Shown here: positions 46,783 through 59,700 of the stretch, one piece after another
How positions within the stretch are numbered: position 1 is the first letter of the stretch
Layout of the letters: each line of letters starts with the position of its first letter
NCBI GenBank assembly: GCA_964187785.1
Contig: OZ076409.1
Span: 6,016,001 to 6,080,000 of the forward strand
DNA: 64,000 nucleotides
From: Amphiscolops sp. MND2022
Lineage: Eukaryota
Direction: 5' to 3'
Translations under genes and position numbers: made by a program
Notes under the pieces: generated by a model
What the model was told of the DNA's origin: nothing
The model's input: the letters and a program-made list of their open reading frames with translations, nothing else
The model's database searches: none

Positions 46783-48801
46783 ATCTGGAAATTCAATGTT
46801 GTTGTTTTGACATGAGTAACGTCTTGGCACATGGATTCAAAACCCAAATGAGGGACGCGTTGGGTTTAGAAACGCTTTTTTTCTATGCAAAAATACCAAC
46901 AAAAAACCACAGAGGGACTTTTTTGGAAACTGGATTTTTTAAAAATAGGCCCCTGTGGGGCACACTATTTCTGTTTTCAATAATAGAAGCATATCTTAAT
47001 CAATTATATAGCGCACAATTAATCACTACCAGTTTACACCGCCTTTTATTCTTCTCGGAATAAAGAAAATATAACTACTGAGCGTAGACGAAGTTTCGCA
47101 TTCGCATTTGAATGCAGGCGAAGCTTTCAACGAACAAATTATTAACACTCATTCGCTTCATCTCAATGAATTTGGCGTACGAATGCATAATTACCACTCG
47201 CTCGTTCCATCGCACGAGAAACGAATTGTTGTCGATAGCTTGAAAAATGTAAAACTCAGGCTTATACTCAAACAAAATATCTGAATTATTCAGTATCACG
47301 ACAAAAATTTTACTGAAAAAAGCTATCGCAGAAATAATAAAAAAGGTAATACAGTTCCGAAAATAACCCATTAGATTTTGAAAAAAAACTTATTAAATAT
47401 GAATAAGTATGTGAAAATAGAAATGGTAGAACATTCCGACTAATTTGCCAAATTGTAAAATATTGCACTCGGGACGAAATTGCTCATTTCGACCGGATTG
47501 AAAAAAAAACGACGATCGTGTTTAGTGAAGCGCCGACTAAAGACCAAACATCCTATCTTTTGTATGGCTGATAATCGGAAAAAAATTGACTTTTCACACC
47601 AGCTCATCGTGAAAAGCATTTCTTCAAATGAATATACTCTCTGAAAGCAAACACTACGACAGTGATCTATGAAAAGAGATCTTTTCGAAGACAGTCAATT
47701 AATGCACACCAGACTTAGCAATGTTACATTTTGACATCAATCGAATTGAAAAGTTCACCATATATGGTCTTGGTCCGTCCAGAAACTGTTTTGAAGTAAG
47801 AGGTAGTGTTAGCAACTGAATTGATTTGGAATTTCAGTTACAGTTGAATAAATAAACAAGACGCCCGCTAAGCACCGGGATATTTTCCGCCCTGTTCGCC
47901 TTCACCAACTGATCCATAGTTATTTTGGGAGGGGGAATATGATATAAAGAATAAGATCTAAAATTTAGTGATTTTAGATCTTATTCCCGCCCTGAAATTT
48001 TAGATCTTATTCCCTTTTTTGACTTTAGCTGTATGCTATTTTAGTTACTTGACTATTTTAGTTACTAATAGCTATATAAAATAGTCAAGTAATCAAAAGT
48101 TGGAGATTTGGCAAAATTTGGAAAAAAAATGCGTCACAGATCATGATTTTCCTCCCCCATTTATGAAATGTGGGGTCGGAAAATAATAATTAACGAATCA
48201 GTTACAGTTATTTTTTTCACAAATTCAGCTAGTAATTCAGTTGTGAAATGAAATGACATTTTTCACAATTGAAATTTAGAATTTTTTTCAATTTCAAGGT
48301 ATACATACGTACAACCTTTTCTTTTCTGAGAGCGGCGTAGACGTAGAGCGTCTTTTTTTCCGCATCTGAAATTCAGTCTGAGGGCCAATCAAATGAAGTA
48401 CTACACCAAAGGACCATAATAGCCACAGATAAGGACCTTTTGAACTGATTTGGGTTCTTTTCTGCCCCCCACCACCAAAAATTTTGAAAATAACTTTCCT
48501 TAAAAACTTTAGACTATCCTAATTAAAAGTAAAATCTTCTTTCATAACAGGAAGTTAACTTCTATTAAAGTAGTTTTCCGCTTGAACAAAACATTGTTCA
48601 CGCATTTTGACTATAATTATGTTCGTATTAAGTGTCTATTTATGACTTAAAACAGGAAGCTGTTGATTTCTTCATCAAAAATGCGTGACTACTTAAGGAA
48701 AAAGAGTGAACAAAGTTTGTATCTGAATCCTTAACTGTCACCTCGAGAATAAGTTCAAAACTGAAGCTTTCTGGTTTGTATTCAAATCTATTTGTTATAA
48801 T

Positions 48802-50537
48802 TGTCGTAAGCACGAGGGATCGTGCTCGTGAATCCGTCTTTGGGGTGGTCATTGGCCTGCTTACTCTTAGAATTATTCCTAGGTTCTAAGTTTTGCAGCA
48901 CTTCGGAATATCCTTCTGGTCTCTCGGCCGGAACGTTCCATCTCCCTTTGGTCAACTGTCCAGACCCGGCCATAACTGCGTTTTGATTTGAGGCAAAATT
49001 TGACTACTGATCGCTTCATTTATTGCCCTTTGAATCTGAACACTGACGCTGTTCATCATTTCGTCCATTCCTCGAGACATACGGGAATTTAACTCGCTCG
49101 ACAGTCTATTGATCTCAACACTTGAACTCTCCCTGATTGAATTTTGGCCCAATTCGGTATTTGGGCTAGGTCCATTATTTCCTGGGTTTGGGAACTCATT
49201 CTCATTCTCATTTTCAAGTTCGTCTTCAAATAAGCTTTCTGGTCTACCGGCCTGATTACTATACATACTTTCATTTCTTTCATTTCTATCAAAGTGGTTT
49301 CCTCCGAGCATAATATCCAAATTCTCAATGTCTGATAGCATCTCTGCTTCTCTAGATTTCCTTGCTTTCTTCTGTTTCCTAGTAGTAGGCATTTAGAAAG
49401 AAAGTCCGAGGTTAATATTGAATTAGTTCGGAAAACTGGTAATATCAATGAACTGAACGTTATGGAAAGAAAGCAAATTGTGTCCCCTCAGAAGGGGGGT
49501 ATATGTATATATACCTCCTGAGGTGTGACACTCACATTTTCCACATATTATTGAAATGTTTACATACTCTAAAGGATCGTGAGATTTTACGAGGATTGGA
49601 AAATAGCTATTGCATCAAAGCGATTCAGGAATTTAGGGTCGGAAGAATTCCTGCGGAATGCACTCAATTACATACTCATGATGGCTTCAAAGTACGGGGG
49701 ACGGTTTAGTCCGCATTCCCGTAACAATTAACATCAAGGCAAATACATGTTCAGACACTTCAAAGTAATATTTGTGTCAACAGGTATGTGAGATACTTAA
49801 GGCACGTGCCTGCACACGCAGGCTAATTCATCAGGTAGCAACTCTAATTATATGCACTAATAAAAGGTGAGCGCGGCCCAATTCGGTCATTTGACAAAGG
49901 TACCATCCAATTAAAGTGACCGGTTTAGTCCGCCGGACTAGTATTTAGAGTTTTATGACTGGTGGTCACAACTACATCAATTGGGTTTAAATAGCCTCAT
50001 TAGCGCCTTCTAAATACAAATATAATCCATGACTTTAAATAACACGCATACTCAAATTAAACAATTACAAAAGCTAATAGTTGGAATGGCCTAATCCGGC
50101 CATTTGCCTTTGGTTCGCTTACAAAATAAAGTATAGCGTCAAGTGGCCGTATACGGCCAAAAAAATATGACAGTATAATGCACAGCAGGATAGAGCGTTC
50201 TGATTGGCTAATGAAATGAGCTCAAGTGACGTCTCCGGAATTGGAGTTTCGTTCACTTGAACTCGTTTCCTTTAAGCTTTACACTTGCCTTTATTACATT
50301 ACGTCACTGCTAAACAATTCATCATATAAACATAATCATCACCGTTTGAATTCTAACACGGGTATTAATCAGACTAATATTCAATCCGAATACATAATGA
50401 ATGTAATAAAACAACAGTGAGTTTTACTGAAAGTTTTGAATAATTCTCCTAAAATGTGGGTAGAGTGCCCGGTACGGCTTCTTGTTCGTTAGTAGTCGTT
50501 GTGATTCGTGTCCCATCGCAAGCGGCAGCCTGCGACA
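48802..50537 (-). repeat. 3' LTR of element 2 (~1736 bp; right boundary inferred)
   Basis: Left edge TGTCGTAAGC matches 63001; right edge ...ccatcgca-N10-tgcgaca placed by homology with the element 1 LTR edge. Confidence 0.75.
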
Positions 50538-51240
50538 CTGCGGGTGCTAAGAAAAGAAGACTTCCGGCATGTAGACCATTTTCGTAGGCTTCTCTCCTCA
50601 AATCCGTTATGTATGCCGGTTCATTGCGCGGTGTTGATCTACTCATGTACCAATTCACCTTCTCTTGTTTAATTTCGTCCACTGATCTTCCACAGACCAT
50701 ACATCCACGGCCCAACTGTTTACTAAGATCCGAATACGGCTGTACTTGTTGGATGTGGTAAGATGCGTGGAAGCTGGTGCTAACTGACTGTTCCATGAGC
50801 TCGTCTTGGGACGGCCCTTTCTCATGTTCGGGCGGAGACAACGGCGATTCCAACACTGGCAGAATTGTGTTGCAAAGTTCTATCCGGGTTCTTTCTGCCT
50901 TTCTCATTGGCGCATACAGGAGTTTCTCGTCAAAGTGTTTGAATCCCAATTTCGGAGTCGAAGGCGGCCACATTTGAAGATTACTCGGTCCAGCTGCTGA
51001 TTCTGTAGCCTGCTCCTCCACAGTCATCTTGCGACCTGCGATTAAAATTGGGCTTGACTTGACTTCTCTCTCGATTCTCTCTATGATAGCCTCGGTGTCC
51101 GTGGACCAATCGGAATCCCATGAGGTAGATGAGGTGCCTTCCTCCTCGTCACTCGATAGGTAGATGACCGAACTTACGGAGGCTTCTGAGTCCGATTCTT
51201 CTATGTCGAAAAGCTTTCTTGCTAAGTTAAATTTGGCCAT
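50449..51240 (-). CDS. Accessory sense ORF3 of element 2 (~263 aa)
   Basis: Open frame from ATG 51240; VIYLSSDEEE SIM-like motif; CMVC domain homologous to element 1 ORF3. Confidence 0.8.
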   Translation of the reverse strand: MAKFNLARKLFDIEESDSEASVSSVIYLSSDEEEGTSSTSWDSDWSTDTEAIIERIEREVKSSPILIAGRKMTVEEQATESAAGPSNLQMWPPSTPKLGFKHFDEKLLYAPMRKAERTRIELCNTILPVLESPLSPPEHEKGPSQDELMEQSVSTSFHASYHIQQVQPYSDLSKQLGRGCMVCGRSVDEIKQEKVNWYMSRSTPRNEPAYITDLRREAYENGLHAGSLLFLAPAVSQAAACDGTRITTTTNEQEAVPGTLPTF

Positions 51241-52143
51241 TATTATCTTTTTTGCAATTTTGTTGATTCGCAAAGCGACTTGTTGCTTGCAAGGTTCAAA
51301 GTTGAATAAATTTGTCAAAATTTTCTTCAGGCCAATTCAGGCTATTTTCCCGGAGTCCCATTTCGGCGGGAGAGACCATGGCCAATCGCCCTGATCCGTC
51401 GTAAACTTTCTAGAATGGAATTTCTCAGCGGCTTATTTATCCTTTGAAATTCGGAATGGAACCCCCCTTTCTCACTCTCTCAAGTGAGTATGCAAAGAGG
51501 TGTTAAGTTGACAACAACAAATATTTCCACTTCGAGTGGGTAATCAACATCAAGCTTGATAGCAATTAACGGCACTTGTCGGATGAAACTCACTGAAATG
51601 GCTTCAGCCAATCGAATTTGAGTTTCGATAGATTTGGAAAATGAATAATAAAGATGGCAGAAAATAATAATTTTGAATAACTGAATGAAATGGCGAAAAT
51701 CTAACTAAGATAACTAGGAAAACTGAACAAAACGGCAACATAAATTGGGGTAAACGGCCATAATCGGCCACTAATTGTAACAAGGTTGTAAATAGCGAGA
51801 TACGTCCTGTACATTTCGCTGGCAGACTCCGTGTACAGATTTAAATATGTAGATAATCAAATAATATTAGTCTGGTAAATCTTCAGCCACGAACTCCAAC
51901 TTTTCATTCTCAATAATTACATTAACCAATCCCTCTGACATCTGTATTTGTTAAATTCATACAATTCATACTTGTATTCCTGCTGCTACATACATCCATA
52001 TCCGTTCCCGGCTCCGTTATTGTCTCGTCTTTCTACGAGGACATCTTGTACTTCCCTTTCTCTCAGCCGTACCCGGCCTGACTACACTACTCCTATCAGC
52101 TGGGTCCAAATAGTTACCTTGGTGACAGCGGCTCAAAAGGAAC

Positions 52144-55100
52144 ATGTCTTCAAATTCAGGTTGGACTGGATTTTCATTATTGAACTAGTTTAGCTTGATC
52201 AGGGCTAGACTATGTTCATATCAGCTTCCTGTTTCCAATAGCAAACACGTGATAACATGTTTCCGTTCAAATTTTCAAATCACTTCCGGAAGGTTTCTAA
52301 CGCGGTAAATGGATTTCTTTCAAGGAAGCTCACCGCCTACGTTCATCTCTTTCTGTTTAGAGAATCAGAATGAAGATGATCAACAAGTACCAGCCAACAC
52401 CGAGGAAGGCATACATGCTCAACGCAACCAAGTGTCGACCCAGATTGTCCTTTCAGAGAGTGCGCCAATCTCGGCCCTTTCTCCTCCTTCTTTCCACCCG
52501 ACACGGAACTTATTCTCTCAGGTTCAGACTGCTGTTGATTCCCCTTTCAGCACTGACAGCAACGTAGATGTGACGGCCTATGCTACTGAAATGGTGCAAC
52601 GAATGGAGGCGGCTCGAACAGCCTCAGAAGATATAACAAGTCAGGCTGCTACAGTATTCCCCAAGGCAACGGGAAATGCAGATGATTTAACCCCCAGTCC
52701 ACCCACAGATCCTAGGAGGACCAGTACACCAAAATCTGGCAACCAACACCCAACTGAATCTTCAAATCTGTCTCAGCTTGAAAATAATTTGAAGATTGTT
52801 GAGACCACAGAGACTGGGTTCCCTGAGTTACAGCCCACAACAAATGCTTTGAAGGAGAATGCCGGGGCTTCCTTATTTCAGGCTGAGGAAGATTCCTCCT
52901 CGACCTTCAGCGGACCTCCTCCACTTCCTGGAAAACCGGCCCAATCAACCAGTTGTGGAAGTGACATTGATACTCCAGGGGAAATGTCTGGGCTGGACAA
53001 CCTCCCTCCTCTCTATGGAATTGTCCCAGGATACTCTGAGCTCGAATCTGAAAAAGGTACCGAAACGGAACTAGAAGAATGCCTCAACAACCAGCCTGGG
53101 ACATCCAGAATGACCCTTGAAGAGCCATTGAGAGAACTATCAGGGCGCAGTCGGGCTATCCTGAAGCAGTATTTTGAGGCGGAAAACGCATACACCTTCC
53201 CAGTGGGTCACAGAACTGTAGCTTTCACTGAGCCACAGATATACCATCTGTTGCGTGTTTTAACAGACGAGGCCATTAATATGACTTGCTCCACTATGGA
53301 AAGAATGGTCATCGGAGCCGTAAAGGGGACACCAGCCACTGCTCCTTCAAGGACAAAACATTTCCTAACCCGGACACGTGTCCAGACTCCCAAGCCTATG
53401 CAGTCAGGAAATTCAAGCTCCGAGGAAGCCATAACCGACCCCGGACAAGATTCAGAATCTCATGGAGATTTTAGTGCACTGTTTGAGGTAGGGGACAATT
53501 CTATGCCGGAAGACAGCGATAGTTCAGGTGAGATGGCTCTGATAGCTGACACTTTTAGAAAGTCGGCCTTCGATAGTGCCGGAATTGGCCAAAAGCCACA
53601 CCTACACTCCAGTTCAGCAGTAGAAGGAATTGAGTCGACAGGTCACAGTAGTTTGGACGCCACACTATCTGAACTGAGGGACCAACCCATGTCACAAAAA
53701 TCATCATTGAAGAAGCCCTGCAAAAAGGTGGTTCGACCCAAAAGAGCTTCAAGGCGAGGGGTGCCCATGCGAGAGGAATTCTTCTCGAAAATCGGCTGGA
53801 CACGATCGTTTATTTCAGGTCCAGCAGATCCACTGCACAACCCGCACATGGTTTGGTGCCACATGTGCAAAAAGAATTTCTCAATAAAGACAAAAGGAGT
53901 AGTCGAGATCCTGAGGCACCACAGGACAGAAAGGCATCTGCGCCGGGACCAGCGTTGGCGCTATGAACATCTTAAGAGCGTGGACCCGGTCACAGGCAAA
54001 ATCCATCATAGAGTTAGAGGTAGGAACGGGAAGATCCTCAGCAAGGCGGAACTAGCTCAAGAATTACCAAATTTCATCCACACTGAACTTATTGATGTAG
54101 GAGAAAGATTTCCTTTTTATGAGGACTATCTCAGAGGAAACACAGCTGCACTGGTAACTCCCCAATCCCGGGATAGGACCCAAATTCACCTCATCGGAGA
54201 TTTCATCCAGAGACAGGGAGACATTGCTGTGCTCCGAAATTTGTGGTCACGAGTTGGGTCTTTCACTGAATACCAGGCTGCTTTCCGTGATTTCGATTGG
54301 AGTGAAGACAGAATAATGGTAAGCATATTTTGTTCGTCCTGACTCATTGTCGGTATACGCAGATACACTCATACTTATATATGTAAATATTTAGGCCTTG
54401 TCCGTGTATATAGGCGTTGGACTTACGGATAACATTTGTATTGCCCATTTTAGGCCATATTCCAGCACATTTTCAATTGTGTCATGGAAGATATTGCCGA
54501 ACATGTCACTTCTTCTCAACACTACTCCATTGAATTTGAAGACAGAGGGGCAAATCGACTGATGTCCCTGCGCTTCTGGAAAGGAACAAAGCTGTGCAGA
54601 GTTTTTATTTGCCGAAGTGCACTACCCGCGTCTGAACTCTCAGGAGAATTTGGATCCTTGTCCCGGCTATTATCAGTAGTGTCGACCGGTCCGGATATGG
54701 TCGCTTGTTCAGGTTGTCCCGTGGACTTCATTCGGACTATTGATCACCACTCCTCCTACTCTTACGGGATCCAAAGCTGCTTCCGCTTTGAATTGCTCGA
54801 CCTGCAACTACTGATGCACAAATTCACATACAGCGTGTTTGGGAGGATCGACATGTTCTCTGTACTCCAGTGTCTCTTAGTCTCCCTTGGGGGGTCTACC
54901 ACCGAAGACTGGGCCCGAGGAACTCTCGAATTAACTCGTGTTAGTATCTCTTGTTTTACTGCTGTAGGAGGATAGAAAGGTATGGGTGGCAGTCAAGGTA
55001 TACGATCTGTCTCTTAAAATCATGCTTTATCTAGGCTATTACCACTTGCAAGCTGGAAGTGGACAGGCTCCCTGATTTGTGTCGAGATCTACTTAAGCGA

Positions 55101-56476
55101 TGGAAGCAAATCCTCCGCTATCTTTCACTCCACTCCCGACTTCAGGAAAACCAAGGAGTACACAACAAGGTCCAGAGCTTTGAGTGGTCCTTGATTTCCG
55201 ATGACTTCTTCGCCGTCCGACTGGAGTTTTTTCAACGGCTCGTCAGTGACTGTAAGTATACAGCTCTCTTGAGTATTTCTGTCATATGTCCGGGCTTGAG
55301 TATTTTGGTTTTGTGTTTTCAGACGTCTCGAGTTTTGTCACCAACCTTGCACGCAGGCGGGATGCTACCTTCCATCTTTGCGGGGAGGTCTGCAGGTTCA
55401 TAAGCCGACTCTGCTTCCGCGTATACCAGCCTGACACCGTCCCCCTTGAAAGCGCCTGGTTCCATCTCCTAGATTTCAGGGTCAGCGACGGAAAGTTCTT
55501 GGAGGATGGCGAATTTCTCATAAGGCTCAACATGACGAATAAAGTTACTGCCGCAAGCAACTTGAAAGCCGCTGGACTGCACTTCAATAAGAAGTCAAGT
55601 AAGGCAGCCATTGACAAAACGGCTGAGACGGCCAAAGCTGATTTCGTCAACAGTGCAAAGAAGTACATTGAGTACCTCCTGGGAGCTGTTCTGCAACATC
55701 CGGGTCTCAGTTCGGACCCCATTAAGGGATTAGCAGCCTTCGACCCTTATATCATGATGAAGAGACCAACCGAAGTGGCCCTTCGTCATTTTGGCATTTT
55801 ATATTCAACTTTCCAATTGCGCTCTTGGGTTACAGCAGCGAATGAGGCTCTATGCCGGGACCAGTACCTAGCCTTACTGGACTATCTTCGGACAAACCAT
55901 GGTTCTGACCCTAGTCTTGCCTTAGAGTCGTTGGACCTAATAGACTTTCTCATGGGGCTTGAATTCCTCCAATCGAACGAGCATATCTTCAAGTTATGTT
56001 GTTTGTGTCTTACGTCAGTCAGCCCTCAGTATCCAAGTGTGTTCATGGGAAATATAGATACTACTGATTTCCAGTCTCGAGTAGCGGACGTAATCCTGCC
56101 CTGTCAGAGCTATCTGTCTGAGGTCACCGATTCCTTAGCTCTCTGTTGTACAGAGGCCAGTCTTGACAAGTTCTCCCTCCTTTCTGCTTCATTTGGCCAG
56201 TCTGGGTTCTCTGCCGATTACGATCCTTGGACTTATGTGGATACCTTCGGCCGCTCAGTTATTTACAAGTCTCTCGTTTCTTCTCATCGTTCTGTTTCCT
56301 CGGGGACGGAAGTACGTTCTAAATGTGCAGTGGCAGCCGATACTTCCTCCGTCAAAGATGTGCCAGCTGTCCAATTGCCTAGTGACCGTAAACGAAGGCG
56401 AATGGATAAAAGCCAATCCCGTTCGAGGTCCTCCTCTGTAGTGATGGAACCCACAACTAGCAGCTCTAAATCTTAA
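52144..56476 (+). CDS. Spliced antisense gene of element 2: BED-like zinc finger plus degenerate hAT-transposase-like body, ~1276 aa. Exons 52144-52159 (tentative), 52361-54318, 54454-54939, 55035-55251, 55323-56476
   Basis: GT-AG introns of phases 1,0,0,1; 3831 nt open; WCHMC-x16-H-x5-H; exon lengths 486 and 217 equal those of element 1 (486; 135+82). Confidence 0.82.
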
Positions 56477-56718
56477 TTGTGCATATCTATGTATGTACAA
56501 TCAAACTGTAAACCTTGTCATTTTTCTGTTTTGTTGATTTGTCTATATTATTCGTTTCTTTCTCTTGCTTTCCTTGATCCCGTATTTATTCTTTTGTAAG
56601 GGATTACCTTTGAGTCCCGTTATTTATTCAAAGATACCGTTGTTTGGGACTAGAAAAAAAAACAAAGAAAAGAGAGATATGATTCAGGGCTTGTTTCCTG
56701 AACTGAACTCAATTTTCT

Positions 56719-59700
56719 CTAGTATCTGAAGTCTTCTGAGTAGTTTGGGTTAGGGTTAGGCCTGAGATTATATTTCCCTCCTCTAGGGCTCAGACTTTCA
56801 TTTCTAGCATCATTCTCCGATATTTCGGGCACGATAATATCATCCCCCCTATTTGGAGAGATGTTTGCATCATTTTCATTCAACGAATTTCTCTCTGAAA
56901 AAATTTCATCATTTTTCGGTCCACTTGCCGTACTCGGCAAAGAATTTTCTTGGTTTTTTGGGGAAACGGCCGGATTCGGCCAATCAGATTTGGTATTTTC
57001 TGTCACTGCAGTAGCTTTATTTCTTTCAGTGACGTCATCATCTAAGCGTTTATTCCGGCTGTGTGCCGCGTTGTCGTTGTTTAATTCTTCTCGCGTGATT
57101 ATGTAATCCGCTTCGGTCTCGCCTACGTCATTTGCATTCGTTTCCGCCGTGTTCGGCTGTTCGCCATTCGGCAGGCTAGTCGGAATAGGAGTTCTGCCTC
57201 GCGTGACTAGCTGTTCGCCAAAATCAGTTTCCCACGTTATGATGTATAAATCATCTTGCGGAATGATAATTTCTTCATCTGGCTGCAACTGTTGTTCTCG
57301 GAAATTGTCCTCTAGCGGTTGATTGGGGACAAACTTTTTCAGGCGAATCCGATGCAAAATTTGAGTTTTGTTTGTAATAAGCCGTCGTACTATGTAGTTT
57401 TCATTTGGTAAAACTTTTTGGACTATAAATGGTCCAACCCAGCGGTAATCTCGGAAGGGAATCTTTGATCCTTGATTGTCCGCTTTCGGCTGTAGGACGA
57501 AACAGTACTCATTCTCCTTTAAAGGAGCAGCTTTTGCTTTACGGTCGTAATATTCTTTGTATTTAATATACGATTGCATGATATTCTGCTTCGTCTTGTC
57601 AATCAAGGCTTTAGTCCGGTTTTGGATTTCTTCTGCAAATTCGGTTGTAGGGTTGATTTTTTCGTTTGGATTATTTCCAAGCTTGTGATCCAGAATGTTA
57701 TAGGGAATTCTGCCATGGAAAACTCTCGTTGGCTCACAACCAATACTGGCATGATAACTCGTATTATGATTAAGTACTGCTAATGGCAAATATTTATGCC
57801 ATTGTCGGCGGTATTCCCCACATGCCATTTTGAGGTTTGTTTTCAACGAGGCATGGGTCCGCTCCAATTTCCCAATTGTTTGCGGGTGTTTTGTCGTTGC
57901 ACATTTGAGTGTTATGCCCAAAATCTGCGTAATCTCCGCAATAATGGTAGAAGTAAATGCAGTACCCTTATCAGTAATAAGAGTCGTTGGCAGATATGCA
58001 TGTTTGGTCATTATATCAATGAGCACTTTTGCCACATTGATCGCTGATGCATCCGCAAGAGGGTAAGCGAACAAATATCTGGAGAAAACATCAATTGCTG
58101 TTAGAACGTTTTCATACCCTCCACTTGGGGGAAGATTCGGCAATAGGTCAATTTGCATGGCGTCTTCAGGTCCAAGGTCCCATTCGGGCAAATTGAGCAG
58201 CTCAGGTGTGATCGTTGCGTTATGGACTCTTTTGTCTCTGGCACATTGTTCGCACCCTTCTACCCACTTTTTGACGTGTTTAGCCATGCTAGGGTAGTAA
58301 TACCTCTGTCTAATTTCCTGCAACATTTTGGAAATCCCGGGATGTTTATGCGCTGTTCCGTGAAGGGACTGAAGCAATTCCCGAAGTAGGTGTTGCGGGA
58401 GCAAAATTTGATGGTATTTAACATTCCCTGTTTCATCAAAATATTGCCTCGTCAGGATTTCGTCCTTGAGTACAATTCGTTCCAGATTATTTGCATAGTG
58501 TCTATATCGGGCATCCTGTTGCAGTATGTTTTCTGAATAGTCTTCATGAAGGAGCTTTGCCTTCAATTGTTGCAATACTGCATCTTTGGACTGCTCGATG
58601 ATTATCTGGTTTGTTTTCTTTAATCGGACTTGAATGTCTGGTTGTTGTTTGACCAGATTGGTTGACAGAGTTTCTATGGTAACCGTGGGCTCATCAATCA
58701 TTGGATTTTTCCTGATTGCTTCTTTTCTTGCCCAATACTGTTCCTCTGTCTCGTCATCATCATTCGTATAGAATATTTGTTCTTCCTGTGATACCCCCGC
58801 AGATTGGACATTTATCTCAATGGGTAAAGTCTGCACGTCCTCACGGATCTTCATGATTAATTTATCCTTCGGATCTGCCTCCAATCGGGACAAATAGTCA
58901 GCTGCTGTGTTCTGTGCCCCCGGGATATGCGCTATGACAAAATTGAACTGAATCACATAATCACATGCATTCCACAGGGCTGGGGGTATTATTTTCGTTT
59001 GAAAAAATCTCGTCACAGCTTTGTTGTCTGTGAGGATAATGACCGGTTTGGGCGCACCCCAGAATATATGTCCAAATTCTTTGAATGCAAAGTAAATTGC
59101 CAGAAATTCCTTGGCATATATTGACATTTTGATCTGGGCTGGGGTGAAGGTTTTTGATCCATAGGCCACCGGTGCGTAGGATTTTCGGAGAGATGTGAAT
59201 TTCTGGTTTGGATCGTCCTCTATTAAGACCGCATATCCAGCTGCACCAAAACTTGCGTCAGTCATTAGTGCGATTTGTTTGTTTGGGATAGGTTGTTGTA
59301 GGGCTAAGTCGCAACATTTGTCGAGTGCCTTGTTGATTTCTTCGAATTGTTGGACTAATTCTTTCGATACTAGGACCTTTTCGTCACTTTTGAGCATCTT
59401 GTAGAATGGAGCAAGGCGTTCGGAGAGTCTTGGGACATAATTCCTGTAGTAGTTTAGGAATCCCAAATAGCGCTGTAAAGCCTTTTTCGACTTCGGGAAT
59501 TTAGTCTTTTCCAGGAAGTTTTGCACATTCTGTTTCTGGGGTTTGACGCCTTGTGGGGTAATAGTCCGTCCGAGAAAATCAATTTCTTTTGCACCGAAGT
59601 GACATTTGTGCATTGTTAACTTAAGGCCTGCTTCCTGTATGCATTTGAATGTAGCTCTCAGGTTCATTATGAGGTGGTCAACATCATTGGCTGCGATGCC

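Noticed and set aside
56745..56762. TTAGGG telomere-like units (also ~9003-9016)
   Set aside because: They are the reverse complement of the PNPNP codons in the integrase tail
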